Source of the DNA: Desulfobacteraceae bacterium
Lineage (GTDB): Bacteria > Desulfobacterota > Desulfobacteria > Desulfobacterales > UBA11574
DNA: 57,069 bases
Reading direction: 5' to 3'
NCBI GenBank assembly: GCA_030613575.1
Contig: JAUWLP010000001.1
Coordinates: forward strand, 1 to 57,069
The position numbers and the translations under genes were made by a program. Below, one piece after another: positions 1 through 8,487 of the stretch (the stretch's first letter is position 1; every line of letters starts with the position of its first letter). The notes below the pieces were generated by a model that saw only the letters and a program-made list of their open reading frames with translations, had not been told where the DNA came from and made no database searches.

Positions 1-319
1 GTCACTCCATATAAGATATTTTGCCGATCAGATTAAATGATAAAAAAGCAACTACTTGATTTTATAATATTTATTCACTAACATCAAAAATGTCGGCTAT
101 TTATAAATATCGGAAATTATTGGTGCGAAAATCGGTGTTAATGAAACTTAGAAGAAAATTCGATACCAGAATTGAACCCCATGCATTTAGAGAATCCGAT
201 TTTGATATTTCCAATCCTCTGGCTAAGGAAATTCTTACAACTGGTCTGGAGATTTTCTAAATTTAAAGAATGCTCTCAAACCTCGATGCCCAGTTTGCCC
301 GATACGCGACCCCGACGTT

Positions 320-601
320 TTGCATATGAACAAATTAGATCTGATTGAAACGCTCGAAACGGAAGCAGGATTAACAAAAGCCGAAGCTATGGCCGTTGTA
401 AACCTGTTCTTTGATGAAATGTCAAACGCCCTAGCCAACGGTGACAGGGTGGAAATCCGTGGCCTGTGTTCATTTTACGTCAAACAATACAAGGCTTACA
501 CCGGCCGGAACCCAAAAACCGGGGAAGAGGTTCAAATCAAGTCAAAGAAACTTCCGTTTTTTAAATGTGGGAAGGAATTGAAAGAAAGGGTGGATTATTA
601 G
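320..601 (+). CDS. ihfB: IHF-beta-like / HU-family DNA-binding protein
   Basis: 93-aa ORF. RVEIRGLCSF..TGRNPKTGEEV..FKCGKELKERV matches the IHF-beta/HU beta-arm signature as recalled from E. coli IhfB. The true start is probably the ATG at 326. Confidence 0.8.
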   Translation: MHMNKLDLIETLETEAGLTKAEAMAVVNLFFDEMSNALANGDRVEIRGLCSFYVKQYKAYTGRNPKTGEEVQIKSKKLPFFKCGKELKERVDY

Positions 602-707
602 CTTTATTTAATAAGTTGCGATTTGCAAAAGTAATCTTCAACGATATTGGTGTTATGCTGATGCAAGACTCAGGCACGAAATCAAAAAGAAAGATTAAAT
701 AAAATTC

Positions 708-786
708 ATCGTCCTTATCGTCCAGATGCTATAAAATCAATTGGTTAGAACGGACGATGTTGGACGGTCTTACAGATTTGGACGAT
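708..786. repeat. Cluster of five GGACGAT-type heptamers (two inverted, three direct)
   Basis: ATCGTCC at 708-714 and 717-723. GGACGAT at 752-758, GGACGGT at 762-768, GGACGAT at 780-786. Confidence 0.6.
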
Positions 787-827
787 CACGGATTTTGATA
801 AAAAACAGGGATGGTATTCTAAATCGC

Positions 828-881
828 TTCCGCAGAATTCTGCGTAAGCAGTATTTGATAATTTCCGTACGTACGGAAATT
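828..881. repeat. Two 22-bp palindromes in a convergent intergenic region
   Basis: cttccgcagaattctgcgtaag (828-849, one mismatch) and aatttccgtacgtacggaaatt (860-881, perfect), lying between the 3' ends of ihfB (+) and the DUF45 gene (-). Confidence 0.6.
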
Positions 882-942
882 GATAAACGGATTGGATAGA
901 AGGCTTGTGAATGGTAAGTATCTGGAATTGTGCAAAGTAAAA

Positions 943-1530
943 TTACATCAGAAACACTTTATATTCCTTCATTTTCTTGCTCATTTCTCTGGCATCCCCC
1001 ACAAACTTATTCAATTCCGCCCAAAACGCATTAGTGTGATTTTTTATCCTGGTATGAACGAGTTCGTGCAAAAGGACATAATCAATCATTTCATCCGGCA
1101 ATCTCACCAGCTTCATGTTGAGGTTTATATTATTCTTGGAAGAACAACTCCCCCATCTGGTTTTTTGGTTTCTCATGAATACCTTGTTATAGCTAAAACC
1201 GTGTTGCTCGGACAATTTATTGAGCCTGTTAACAAGTTTCTCTCTGGCTTTGGCTTTGTTGATTTCAGTCGAATGCTTTGAAAAGGTTTCATGTTCCTTT
1301 TCTACCTGCCTCATTTTATACAGATGTTTTTTTATCCAGTTCCTTTTGGATTGAGCAAATTGCTTGGCTTTATCAAATGAAACACCATAGGGAACGGCTA
1401 CTCGTACGCCTCTGAAAGGCTTAACAGAAATGTTGATATGTTTTGCCCGCATACTGCGCTCAAATAAAACCTGTCCAATACCGGCAACATCAATAGTGTT
1501 AGATTTCACCTTAAATATGTTTCTCCACAT
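943..1530 (-). CDS. M48-family metallopeptidase, YgjP/DUF45-like
   Basis: 195-aa ORF with WGSCS...LLHELVHTRIKNH (HExxH zinc motif in the DUF45 context). Confidence 0.8.
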   Translation of the reverse strand: MWRNIFKVKSNTIDVAGIGQVLFERSMRAKHINISVKPFRGVRVAVPYGVSFDKAKQFAQSKRNWIKKHLYKMRQVEKEHETFSKHSTEINKAKAREKLVNRLNKLSEQHGFSYNKVFMRNQKTRWGSCSSKNNINLNMKLVRLPDEMIDYVLLHELVHTRIKNHTNAFWAELNKFVGDAREMSKKMKEYKVFLM

Positions 1531-1533
1531 ATC

Positions 1534-1872
1534 TCATGGCTTTCTATATTGAGACGACCTTTGACTCCACTTCGATTTCAGCCTTAAATATTTTTTTGTA
1601 AGTTCAGGATTACCCCAGATGTGCAGTTTCTCATTCCTGGCACGTTTTTCGGCAGTGCGAAATTCAGCATCATATTTCTGGCCCCGGCCATATTTTGTAT
1701 AATTAAGGTGAAAGGCCTTTCCGAATCAGATCCAGGTTGATATTTTTTCCATCAACAAAGACATATGTTAGAAGACGCCCATAATATCCTCTGCGCCAAC
1801 CTTCAAATTCAAGTTCAATGTATTTGCCGGCAACTTTTTTTTGGGTGTATCTGAATTCACTACTCACCGCTA
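1534..1872 (-). pseudogene. Thermonuclease (SNase-like) remnant, N-terminally truncated and frameshifted
   Basis: One frame reads YIELEFEGWRRGYYGRLLTYVFVDGKNINLDLIRKGLSP then a stop at 1703. The +1 frame continues YTKYGRGQKYDAEFRTAEKRARNEKLHIWG, ending at 1534. Together these resemble the C-terminal half of staphylococcal-type nucleases. Confidence 0.6.
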
Positions 1873-2137
1873 CCTTCTTCATTTGCTTTTCCAGAAACCG
1901 CTGCATCTTTTCCTTTTTCGGGAGTTCGAGCTGGTATTCGGAGACAAAGAGGTGGTTATCCATGCTGGCAAGAGCGTATTCCACCAAGGTGTGGTCTTTT
2001 TGTGTGCAGAGCAGAATGCCTACGGACGGATTGTCACCGTCGGTTGCCATGTTCTTTTTGTACCAGCTCACATAAGTGTTGAGCTGACCGATGTTTTCGT
2101 GGCTAAGGATGCGGCTTTTAACTCTATCAATCCTGTT
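1873..2137 (-). pseudogene. C-terminal fragment of a PDDEXK nuclease (YhcG/DUF1016-like)
   Basis: DRVKSRILSHENIGQLNTYVSWYKKNMATDGDNPSVGILLCTQKDHTLVEYAL...EYQLELPKKEKM matches the YhcG C-terminus. No N-terminal part is present. The fragment starts a few nt after the stop of the AAA+ gene and is fused in frame to the SNase remnant. Confidence 0.6.
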
Positions 2138-2143
2138 TTAAAA

Positions 2144-2959
2144 CTAAAAGATATCTTCAATCAAATCGTTCAGGGTTTCCTGAAGCCTGGCATCATCGGT
2201 TAAGGGAAGACATATGGCGGACCGGCACGCATCGTGAACCAGAATGTTCCGCCTGATCATCTGAGCAGCATAAATTAAAAGCCGGGTACTGGCCCCTTCG
2301 GTAAGGCCATGCTCTCTGATGCTTCTTATTTTTCTAGCCAAGGATACCAATTTCAAAGCGGATTTCATATCGATATTCCCTTCATGGGAGACAATTTCGG
2401 CTTCCTTTTCGGCTTCTGGATAATCGAACTCTAATGATATAAACCGCTGGCGCGTGCTCTGTTTGAGGTCTTTCAATACCGATTGATATCCCGGATTATA
2501 GGATATCACCATCATAAAATCCGGATGGGCGTGGATTATCTCTCCTTTTTTATCAATGGAAAGGGTTCGCCGCATGTCTGTTAACGGATGTATTACCACC
2601 GTTGTATCCTTGCGAGCTTCAACGATCTCGTCCAGATAGCAGATGGCGCCCATGCGCACGGCCCGTGTTAACGGACCGTCAACCCATACGGTTTCATCCT
2701 TTTTTAAGAGGTAGCGCCCCAAAAGGTCGGACGCAAACAGGTCTTCATGGCAGGCAACGGTAATCAGGGGGCGCTTTAAATGATACGACATATATTCCAC
2801 AAATCTGGTCTTGCCGCACCCGGTAGGCCCTTTGAGCATAACCGGGAGCCTGGCGTCAAAAGCAGCCTCAAACATTCTGATCTCATTCCCTGTCCCAAGA
2901 TAATACGGCTCTTTAATAATCAGATGGCTGCCGGTATCCGGTTGAATTTGGTGTGTCAT
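2144..2959 (-). CDS. AAA+ ATPase, CbbQ/NirQ/NorQ/GvpN (MoxR-like) family
   Basis: 271 aa. Walker A GPTGCGKT, Walker B ICYLDEI, and length and overall pattern typical of CbbQ/NorQ. Confidence 0.85.
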   Translation of the reverse strand: MTHQIQPDTGSHLIIKEPYYLGTGNEIRMFEAAFDARLPVMLKGPTGCGKTRFVEYMSYHLKRPLITVACHEDLFASDLLGRYLLKKDETVWVDGPLTRAVRMGAICYLDEIVEARKDTTVVIHPLTDMRRTLSIDKKGEIIHAHPDFMMVISYNPGYQSVLKDLKQSTRQRFISLEFDYPEAEKEAEIVSHEGNIDMKSALKLVSLARKIRSIREHGLTEGASTRLLIYAAQMIRRNILVHDACRSAICLPLTDDARLQETLNDLIEDIF

Positions 2960-3052
2960 AAATAGAGTTCCTCACAATTAAACGTTTCGGAAAATCTACA
3001 ATTAGTTGAAAATATAGATCTTGTAATAGCTCCTTGTTTATACCGTCGGCAT

Positions 3053-3176
3053 GGAAGAATGGAATGCTGGAATACTGGAATATTGGGGATAAGGGCGGAA
3101 ATAAACCATTTTAATTGTAAAAAACTCCTTCAAACCCATTATTCCATTACTCCATTATTCCACTATTCCAATTGGG
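3053..3176. repeat. R3: inverted arms each made of about four tandem GGAATNNT octamers
   Basis: Left arm 3053-3088: ggaagaat ggaatgct ggaatact ggaatatt gggg. Right arm 3135-3176 is its approximate reverse complement: cccattattccattactccattattccactattccaattggg. Confidence 0.75.
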
Positions 3177-3219
3177 CCTGCCCGCTCGTGCCTTGCAATG
3201 GCAGGCGGGGCGAAGCCCC
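3177..3219. other. Two GC-rich stem-loops adjoining R3
   Basis: cctgcc(3177-3182)/ggcagg(3200-3205), and ggggc-gaa-gcccc (3207-3219). Confidence 0.5.
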
Positions 3220-3244
3220 TAAGTTCTGCAAGTTTTAGATTGTA

Positions 3245-3272
3245 TTGACATGGTAAGTGTAATAGTTATGTT
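3245..3272 (+). promoter_or_regulatory. Candidate sigma70-type promoter upstream of R1a/traB-like gene
   Basis: TTGACA (3245-3250), 16-nt spacer, TATGTT (3267-3272). Confidence 0.3.
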
Positions 3273-3291
3273 AGCAGCATCAAAAAATCAT

Positions 3292-3437
3292 TGACGGTTT
3301 CGTAAAAAGTCCAACTTCTGCGTTGTGCTGCATTTCGTAATCATTCAACGTACGAAAAGTACGCCTCATCATTACAAAATTTGCACGCCTTGAATTTTAA
3401 CTTTTTACGAAACCGTCTAAATCGGACTTTTTACGAG
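3292..3437. repeat. R1a: about 146-bp imperfect palindromic repeat (cgtaaaaagt family)
   Basis: An 18-bp perfect inverted repeat, gacggtttcgtaaaaagt (3293-3310) / actttttacgaaaccgtc (3399-3416), with a central acgtac-gaaaa-gtacgcctc and a tail taaatcggactttttacgag. It is the reverse complement of R1c/R1d. Confidence 0.85.
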
Positions 3438-3481
3438 TTTATCAAATCATTAACCGGCCAAAATACATATACCGAATTCAA

Positions 3482-4645
3482 ATGATAAACAACCCCAATA
3501 ACATACATCGACTTGTATTTAAAGATAAAGAGATCATACTTTTGGGGACAGCACACGTATCAAAAGAGAGTGTCCGGCTGGTAGCCGATGTTATTGAGTC
3601 GGAAAAACCTGACACGGTCTGTGTTGAACTGTGCGAAGCCAGGTTCCAGTCCATTCGACAAAAAGACAAATGGCTGGATAAAGATATCATCAAAGTTATT
3701 AAGGAGAAAAAATCGTTCCTTCTTCTTTCAAATCTTCTCCTGGCGTCTTTTCAAAAAAGAATTGCAGAAAAATTTGACATTAAGCCAGGAGAGGAAATGA
3801 TAAAGGCCATTGAAGCCGGAGAGGCCGCGGGCGCAGGAATACATCTTGCCGATCGGAACATCAGTATCACCCTGACAAAAACATGGCGTGTCATGGGACT
3901 GTGGGATAAAATTAAATTGTTGTTTCAGTTGGTTTTATCCATGGGAAAAATCGACGAAATTAGCGAGGAAGATATAGAAAAAATGAAGCAGGAGGATGTG
4001 CTTGAAACGCTTCTTGCCGATGTTGGGAAATCACTTCCGGCATTGAAAGATATACTGATTGATGAGAGAGACTTGTATCTTACCCACAAAATCCGGACGG
4101 CGCCCGGCAATAAAATTGTTGCGGTTGTGGGCGCAGGACATGTGCCCGGTATTAAAAAATACTGGGACCAAGAGATTGATTTTGAGGCCCTTGAGCAAAT
4201 TCCTCCCAAAGGAAAAACAACAAAAATTTTAAAATGGGTTATTCCTATCGCCATACTTGTGCTATTTGTCTTAGGTTTTTATCATGGCGGGGCCAATACC
4301 GGAATGGATATGATAACGTGGTGGGTTATGGCAAACGGTATTCTGGCAGGTCTTGGTGCCATCATTGCTCTGGCTCATCCCCTGACGATTCTCTCGTCGG
4401 TTTTGGCCGCCCCTTTGACTTCCTTGAATCCCATGATTGCTGCAGGATGGGTTGCCGGGCTTGTTGAAGCCTTTTCACGAAAACCCAAGGTCAGGGATTT
4501 CGAGCAATTACCGGAAGATATCCTCTCCATAAGGGGATTCTGGAAAAACAAAATAACGCGGATCCTTTTGGTGGTTGTTTTTACCAACCTGGGCAGTTCT
4601 CTGGGCACTTTTGTGGCTATACCTTTGATGGTAAAAGTGTTATAA
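3482..4645 (+). CDS. TraB/GumN family protein with C-terminal TM segments
   Basis: 387 aa. The N-terminal LLGTAHVSKESV...PDTVCVELC motif is typical of the TraB family. The C-terminus is hydrophobic. Confidence 0.8.
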   Translation: MINNPNNIHRLVFKDKEIILLGTAHVSKESVRLVADVIESEKPDTVCVELCEARFQSIRQKDKWLDKDIIKVIKEKKSFLLLSNLLLASFQKRIAEKFDIKPGEEMIKAIEAGEAAGAGIHLADRNISITLTKTWRVMGLWDKIKLLFQLVLSMGKIDEISEEDIEKMKQEDVLETLLADVGKSLPALKDILIDERDLYLTHKIRTAPGNKIVAVVGAGHVPGIKKYWDQEIDFEALEQIPPKGKTTKILKWVIPIAILVLFVLGFYHGGANTGMDMITWWVMANGILAGLGAIIALAHPLTILSSVLAAPLTSLNPMIAAGWVAGLVEAFSRKPKVRDFEQLPEDILSIRGFWKNKITRILLVVVFTNLGSSLGTFVAIPLMVKVL

Positions 4646-4646
4646 T

Positions 4647-4830
4647 TGATGGCGTCGTAAAAAGTCCCATCTACTGCGTTGTAGTATTTTTTCAGACACT
4701 CGGCATACTACATGTATGGCCTCGTTCCTGAAAAAATACTACGCCTTGTATATGAACCTTTTTACTTAGCCATCTATAGTTGAATTCATGACTTTTTACG
4801 AAACCGTCTAAATCGGACTTTTTGCGCGAG
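4647..4830. repeat. R1b: R1-family repeat filling the whole traB-purN convergent spacer
   Basis: It starts tgatggcgtcgtaaaaagtcc and ends actttttacgaaaccgtctaaatcggactttttgcgcgag, so the tail is nearly identical to R1a. The interior is divergent but still palindromic (gtagtatttttt...aaaaaatactac). Confidence 0.8.
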
Positions 4831-4832
4831 CC

Positions 4833-5639
4833 CTAAACTTCCGGTGACGGCAGAATCTTCACCACGGTTCTCCGCATTTTCCTACCGTCCCTCAATTCAT
4901 AGGACATCCGGACAGTTTTAAGTCGCCCCTGGGCAAACAGCTTTACACATTCCGGATAAAGCGTCCACTCCAGTTTCAAGCCTTTTGCTCTGATGGAATC
5001 TATTGTATCATGCTCGAGTATCTCATAAGCTTTCTGGCCGATAATCGGACCTGAATCTTCACCGTAATCGACAAAATGTACCGTACACCCACCGATTTTA
5101 CATCCATATCGGAAGGTGTCACCATATCCGTCTACACCGGGAAACGCCGGAAGCAGTGCCGGATGGATATTCATTATACGCGGAATATCTGGATCCGTAT
5201 TTACCCTTTCGATAAAATAAGGCGATAAATTCCTCATATAACCAGCCAACACCAGAAGATCGAAGGGATAATGTTTCATCTCATCAAGAAGTTTTGCCTC
5301 TGCAACAGCCCTTGTGATTATAAAGGCTTTCACCTTTGCAGTGTCAGCGTCGGCTGTAAAAAGGGTCTGCTTTGCAAGCAGATCGTCAAGGTCAAAATCG
5401 TCCGGGGGTACGACCTTCTCCGGCGCTTTTTTAAAATGCTGAATGATTGATCCATAATTCACCACAAACGTAGGAATTCCAAGAGCACTTCCTCTTTCAA
5501 GACCGCTTGCATCGGGATTATCCGATCCCATGAATACTATTTTTCCATTGATTTTCCCCGATTCACATGAATCGATAATGGCCTGCAGATTTGTCCCGGT
5601 TCCTGATATAAGTGCTCCTATTCGGATGGTTCGGCCCAT
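4833..5639 (-). CDS. purN: Phosphoribosylglycinamide formyltransferase
   Basis: ISGTGTNLQAII, LLVLAGYMR, NIHPALLPAF and GCTVHFV..DSGPII motifs. It carries an insertion of about 50 aa relative to E. coli PurN as recalled. Confidence 0.85.
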   Translation of the reverse strand: MGRTIRIGALISGTGTNLQAIIDSCESGKINGKIVFMGSDNPDASGLERGSALGIPTFVVNYGSIIQHFKKAPEKVVPPDDFDLDDLLAKQTLFTADADTAKVKAFIITRAVAEAKLLDEMKHYPFDLLVLAGYMRNLSPYFIERVNTDPDIPRIMNIHPALLPAFPGVDGYGDTFRYGCKIGGCTVHFVDYGEDSGPIIGQKAYEILEHDTIDSIRAKGLKLEWTLYPECVKLFAQGRLKTVRMSYELRDGRKMRRTVVKILPSPEV

Positions 5640-5782
5640 TTTACGTCTCCATGGTCATAAGATGTGAAAAATTAGAGAAATCATCAGCAAATCCTGTTAT
5701 AATGGATTAAATTTATACAAAAAGAGAATACCAAGAAAAAAGTTTCCGGTAAAGGTTTTAATCAGAGTCAAGTTGGTGATTT

Positions 5783-6877
5783 GTGAGAAGCTTATTGTTA
5801 AAATTTTCTATCCTGACAGGAATGTTGGTAGGGTTGCCCATGCTGGGTTTGGTTTTGGCAGGTTACCCGATTACCCGGTATCTGGAGTTTCCTCCTGAAA
5901 CCCAGTATGTTTACCATGCACCGTTCTCATGGTTTGTCTTCACCGCCTACACCATTTCCATCATTGCAGTTGTTTTTCCTCTTATCCTCAAATCTATTTT
6001 ATGGTTCAGGCAGATTAAAATCATACCTTCTGCTTCCTATCCTTTCCCATGGTGGGGATGGATGGGTATTATCACCGGTGCTGTCTCATGGATATTGGCA
6101 TGGTCACGTTTCCCATGGTTTACCCCATATCAACCTCACACATTTTTTCCTTTGTGGTTTTCTTTCATCCTGGTGATAAATGCCCTGTGCCATAGGCGAA
6201 CCGGGCGCTGCATGATGATAGACCGCACCCGATTTTTTTTTCTGCTTTTTCCCTTAAGCGCCGCATTCTGGTGGTTCTTTGAATACCTGAACCGGTTTGT
6301 CCAGAACTGGAGCTACACCGGAGTCCATTATAGTTCCTGGGAGTATTTCTGCTACGCAAGCCTCTCTTTTTCTACCGTACTTCCGGCGGTTTTGGGAACC
6401 CGGGAATGGATCGCCGGTGCTTCCTGCATCAGGCAGGGAGTGGAAGACTTTCGTCCATTTAGGTTCCCGTATCCCAGAATGTTGGCAGGGGTTGCCATAC
6501 TGATGTCCGGTGCAAGTCTGGCCGGCATCGGCGTGTGGCCGAATTATCTTTTCTCCCTGCTCTGGGTATCTCCTCTGGTTGTCATTGTGTCACTCCAAAC
6601 CCTGACCGGAGAACGCACTATCCTGTCGGGCATAGCTAACGGAGATTGGAGCCTGATCACCACGTCCACAGCAGCAGCTCTCTTTTGCGGAGGATTCTGG
6701 GAGATGTGGAACTATTACAGTTTGGCCAGATGGGAATACAGCGTTCCGTTTGTTCATGGTTTTCAAATCTTTGAAATGCCGTTTTTAGGTTATGCCGGAT
6801 ATCTCCCATTCGGCTTGGAATGTACTGTGATCGGAGATTTGCTTGAGCGGTGGATGAGGTTTCGCAGCACAATATAA
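5783..6877 (+). CDS. Polytopic Trp-rich membrane protein of unknown family
   Basis: 364-aa ORF with a GTG start (alternative ATG at 5822). It has many hydrophobic segments and W-rich loops (FPWWGWMG, WEMWNYYSLARWEY). Confidence 0.6.
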   Translation: MRSLLLKFSILTGMLVGLPMLGLVLAGYPITRYLEFPPETQYVYHAPFSWFVFTAYTISIIAVVFPLILKSILWFRQIKIIPSASYPFPWWGWMGIITGAVSWILAWSRFPWFTPYQPHTFFPLWFSFILVINALCHRRTGRCMMIDRTRFFFLLFPLSAAFWWFFEYLNRFVQNWSYTGVHYSSWEYFCYASLSFSTVLPAVLGTREWIAGASCIRQGVEDFRPFRFPYPRMLAGVAILMSGASLAGIGVWPNYLFSLLWVSPLVVIVSLQTLTGERTILSGIANGDWSLITTSTAAALFCGGFWEMWNYYSLARWEYSVPFVHGFQIFEMPFLGYAGYLPFGLECTVIGDLLERWMRFRSTI

Positions 6878-7076
6878 TTTTTTTAAGAAACCGTGGCAGA
6901 TTTTTTTTTGCTCAATAGTCCCATATATTGATTTTTTTATTGACATGCATCAATATGTTGAGCTAAAGCCGTAAAAATACCGGAAAGCAAAATTGATTTT
7001 ATCCTTCTTCAAATACTCGACAAAACATTTTTAATGAAATAAACTGATTGGTATCATTTTAGAAAGCTTTTGCACT

Positions 7077-8417
7077 ATGATAAAGAACATCGGATTTGTT
7101 TCAACCCGATTTGCAGGCATAGACGGTGTCACTTTAGAATCGAGTAAGTGGGCTGATGTTTTTGAAAAAAATGGACACAACTGTTTCTGGTTTGCCGGAG
7201 AACTGGATCGGGATAGTGATAAAAGTTATCCCGTTCCCATAGCGCATTTCCAAAATGAACAAAATAAATGGATTAATGCGCAGGTTATGGGCAAAAAAGG
7301 CCGCAAACCGCCGGTTACCAGAGCAATCCACGACTTAAGGTCACTGCTTAAAGTTCAACTCCACGAATTTATCGAGTATTTCAATATAGACCTTCTGATT
7401 GCCGAAAATGTTCTCACTATTCCGATGCACGTCCCCTTGGGGATGGCATTGACGGAAATCATTGCGGAGACGCAGATTCCAACCATTGCTCACAATCATG
7501 ATTTTTACTGGGAAAGGGTCCGTTTTTCAGTAAATGCCGTTAACGATTACCTCCGAATGGCCTTTCCTCCCAAGTTGGACAATATCCAACATGTGGTGAT
7601 TAATTCCGAAGCCCAGGAACAACTGGCGCTCCGCACAGGAATTTCTTCGATTATTATCCCCAATGTTCTCGACTTTGAAAATCCACCCGTGATGGATATT
7701 GAAGCGGCACGTGTTTTTCGGGAATCCATGGGTTTAAAACCCGATGACCGAATGATTTTACAGCCGACCCGCATCATTCAGCGTAAAGGGATTGAACGTG
7801 CCATTGAATTGGTCAAGGAACTGAAAGATTCCCGAAACAAACTGTTGGTGTCCCACGAAGCCGGTGATGAAGGTTTTGAATATGTGGAATGGTTGAAAGA
7901 ATATGCCTGCGAGCATGACATCAATCTTGGACTAATAACCACCAAAATCGCCGACCCATGGTGTAACGATGGAAATGGTCAGGCCAGGTATTCTCTCTGG
8001 GATGTTTATCCCTTTGCTGATTTTATCACATATCCCAGCCTGTACGAAGGATTCGGCAATGCCTTTCTTGAGGCCATCTACTTTAAAAAACCGATGTTGA
8101 TCAATCGGTATTCTACCTTTGTCAGGGATATTGAGCCTCAAGGTTTTGATCTTGTGGTCATGGACGGATTTCTCTCAAGAAAGACTGTCCAACGCGTTAA
8201 AGAAATTATGGACTCGCCGGAGCGAAGAGAAAAAATGGTAACTTATAATTATGAAATTGCAGCCCGGCATTATTCTTATTCTGTTCTTCGGACCCGGCTC
8301 AATGCTATTATGAACTATTTTTTTGGTGATTCCGTAAAACAACTCACCGGCAAGGGCCCGTTTATGAAAAATAAAGGCTTTTTGAACATCGAGCCGTTAC
8401 AACCCCTGCATAAATAA
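7077..8417 (+). CDS. GT-B fold glycosyltransferase (GT4-like)
   Basis: 446 aa. N-terminal IGFVSTRFAGIDGV, and C-terminal YPSLYEGFGNAFLEA (the E-x7-E-like region of retaining GT4 enzymes). Confidence 0.7.
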   Translation: MIKNIGFVSTRFAGIDGVTLESSKWADVFEKNGHNCFWFAGELDRDSDKSYPVPIAHFQNEQNKWINAQVMGKKGRKPPVTRAIHDLRSLLKVQLHEFIEYFNIDLLIAENVLTIPMHVPLGMALTEIIAETQIPTIAHNHDFYWERVRFSVNAVNDYLRMAFPPKLDNIQHVVINSEAQEQLALRTGISSIIIPNVLDFENPPVMDIEAARVFRESMGLKPDDRMILQPTRIIQRKGIERAIELVKELKDSRNKLLVSHEAGDEGFEYVEWLKEYACEHDINLGLITTKIADPWCNDGNGQARYSLWDVYPFADFITYPSLYEGFGNAFLEAIYFKKPMLINRYSTFVRDIEPQGFDLVVMDGFLSRKTVQRVKEIMDSPERREKMVTYNYEIAARHYSYSVLRTRLNAIMNYFFGDSVKQLTGKGPFMKNKGFLNIEPLQPLHK

Positions 8418-8487
8418 TTTGTCAACCAGAGCTGAAGGCAAACTCCTACCTATTTTTTCTTGCTCATATCTGAATAAGACACACCGG

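Noticed and set aside
235-438. A 67-aa minus-strand ORF.
   Set aside because: It overlaps the well-supported ihfB-like gene on the opposite strand and has no motifs.
1818-2203. Plus-strand ORFs 1818-2075 and 1841-2203.
   Set aside because: They are antisense to recognisable nuclease fragments, they cross the end of the AAA+ gene, and they have no motifs.
3053-3176. A CRISPR-like reading of the short tandem units in R3, and of the 9-10-mers in R2.
   Set aside because: The units are 8-10 nt with no spacers, arranged as inverted arms. No cas genes are present. This is not a CRISPR array.
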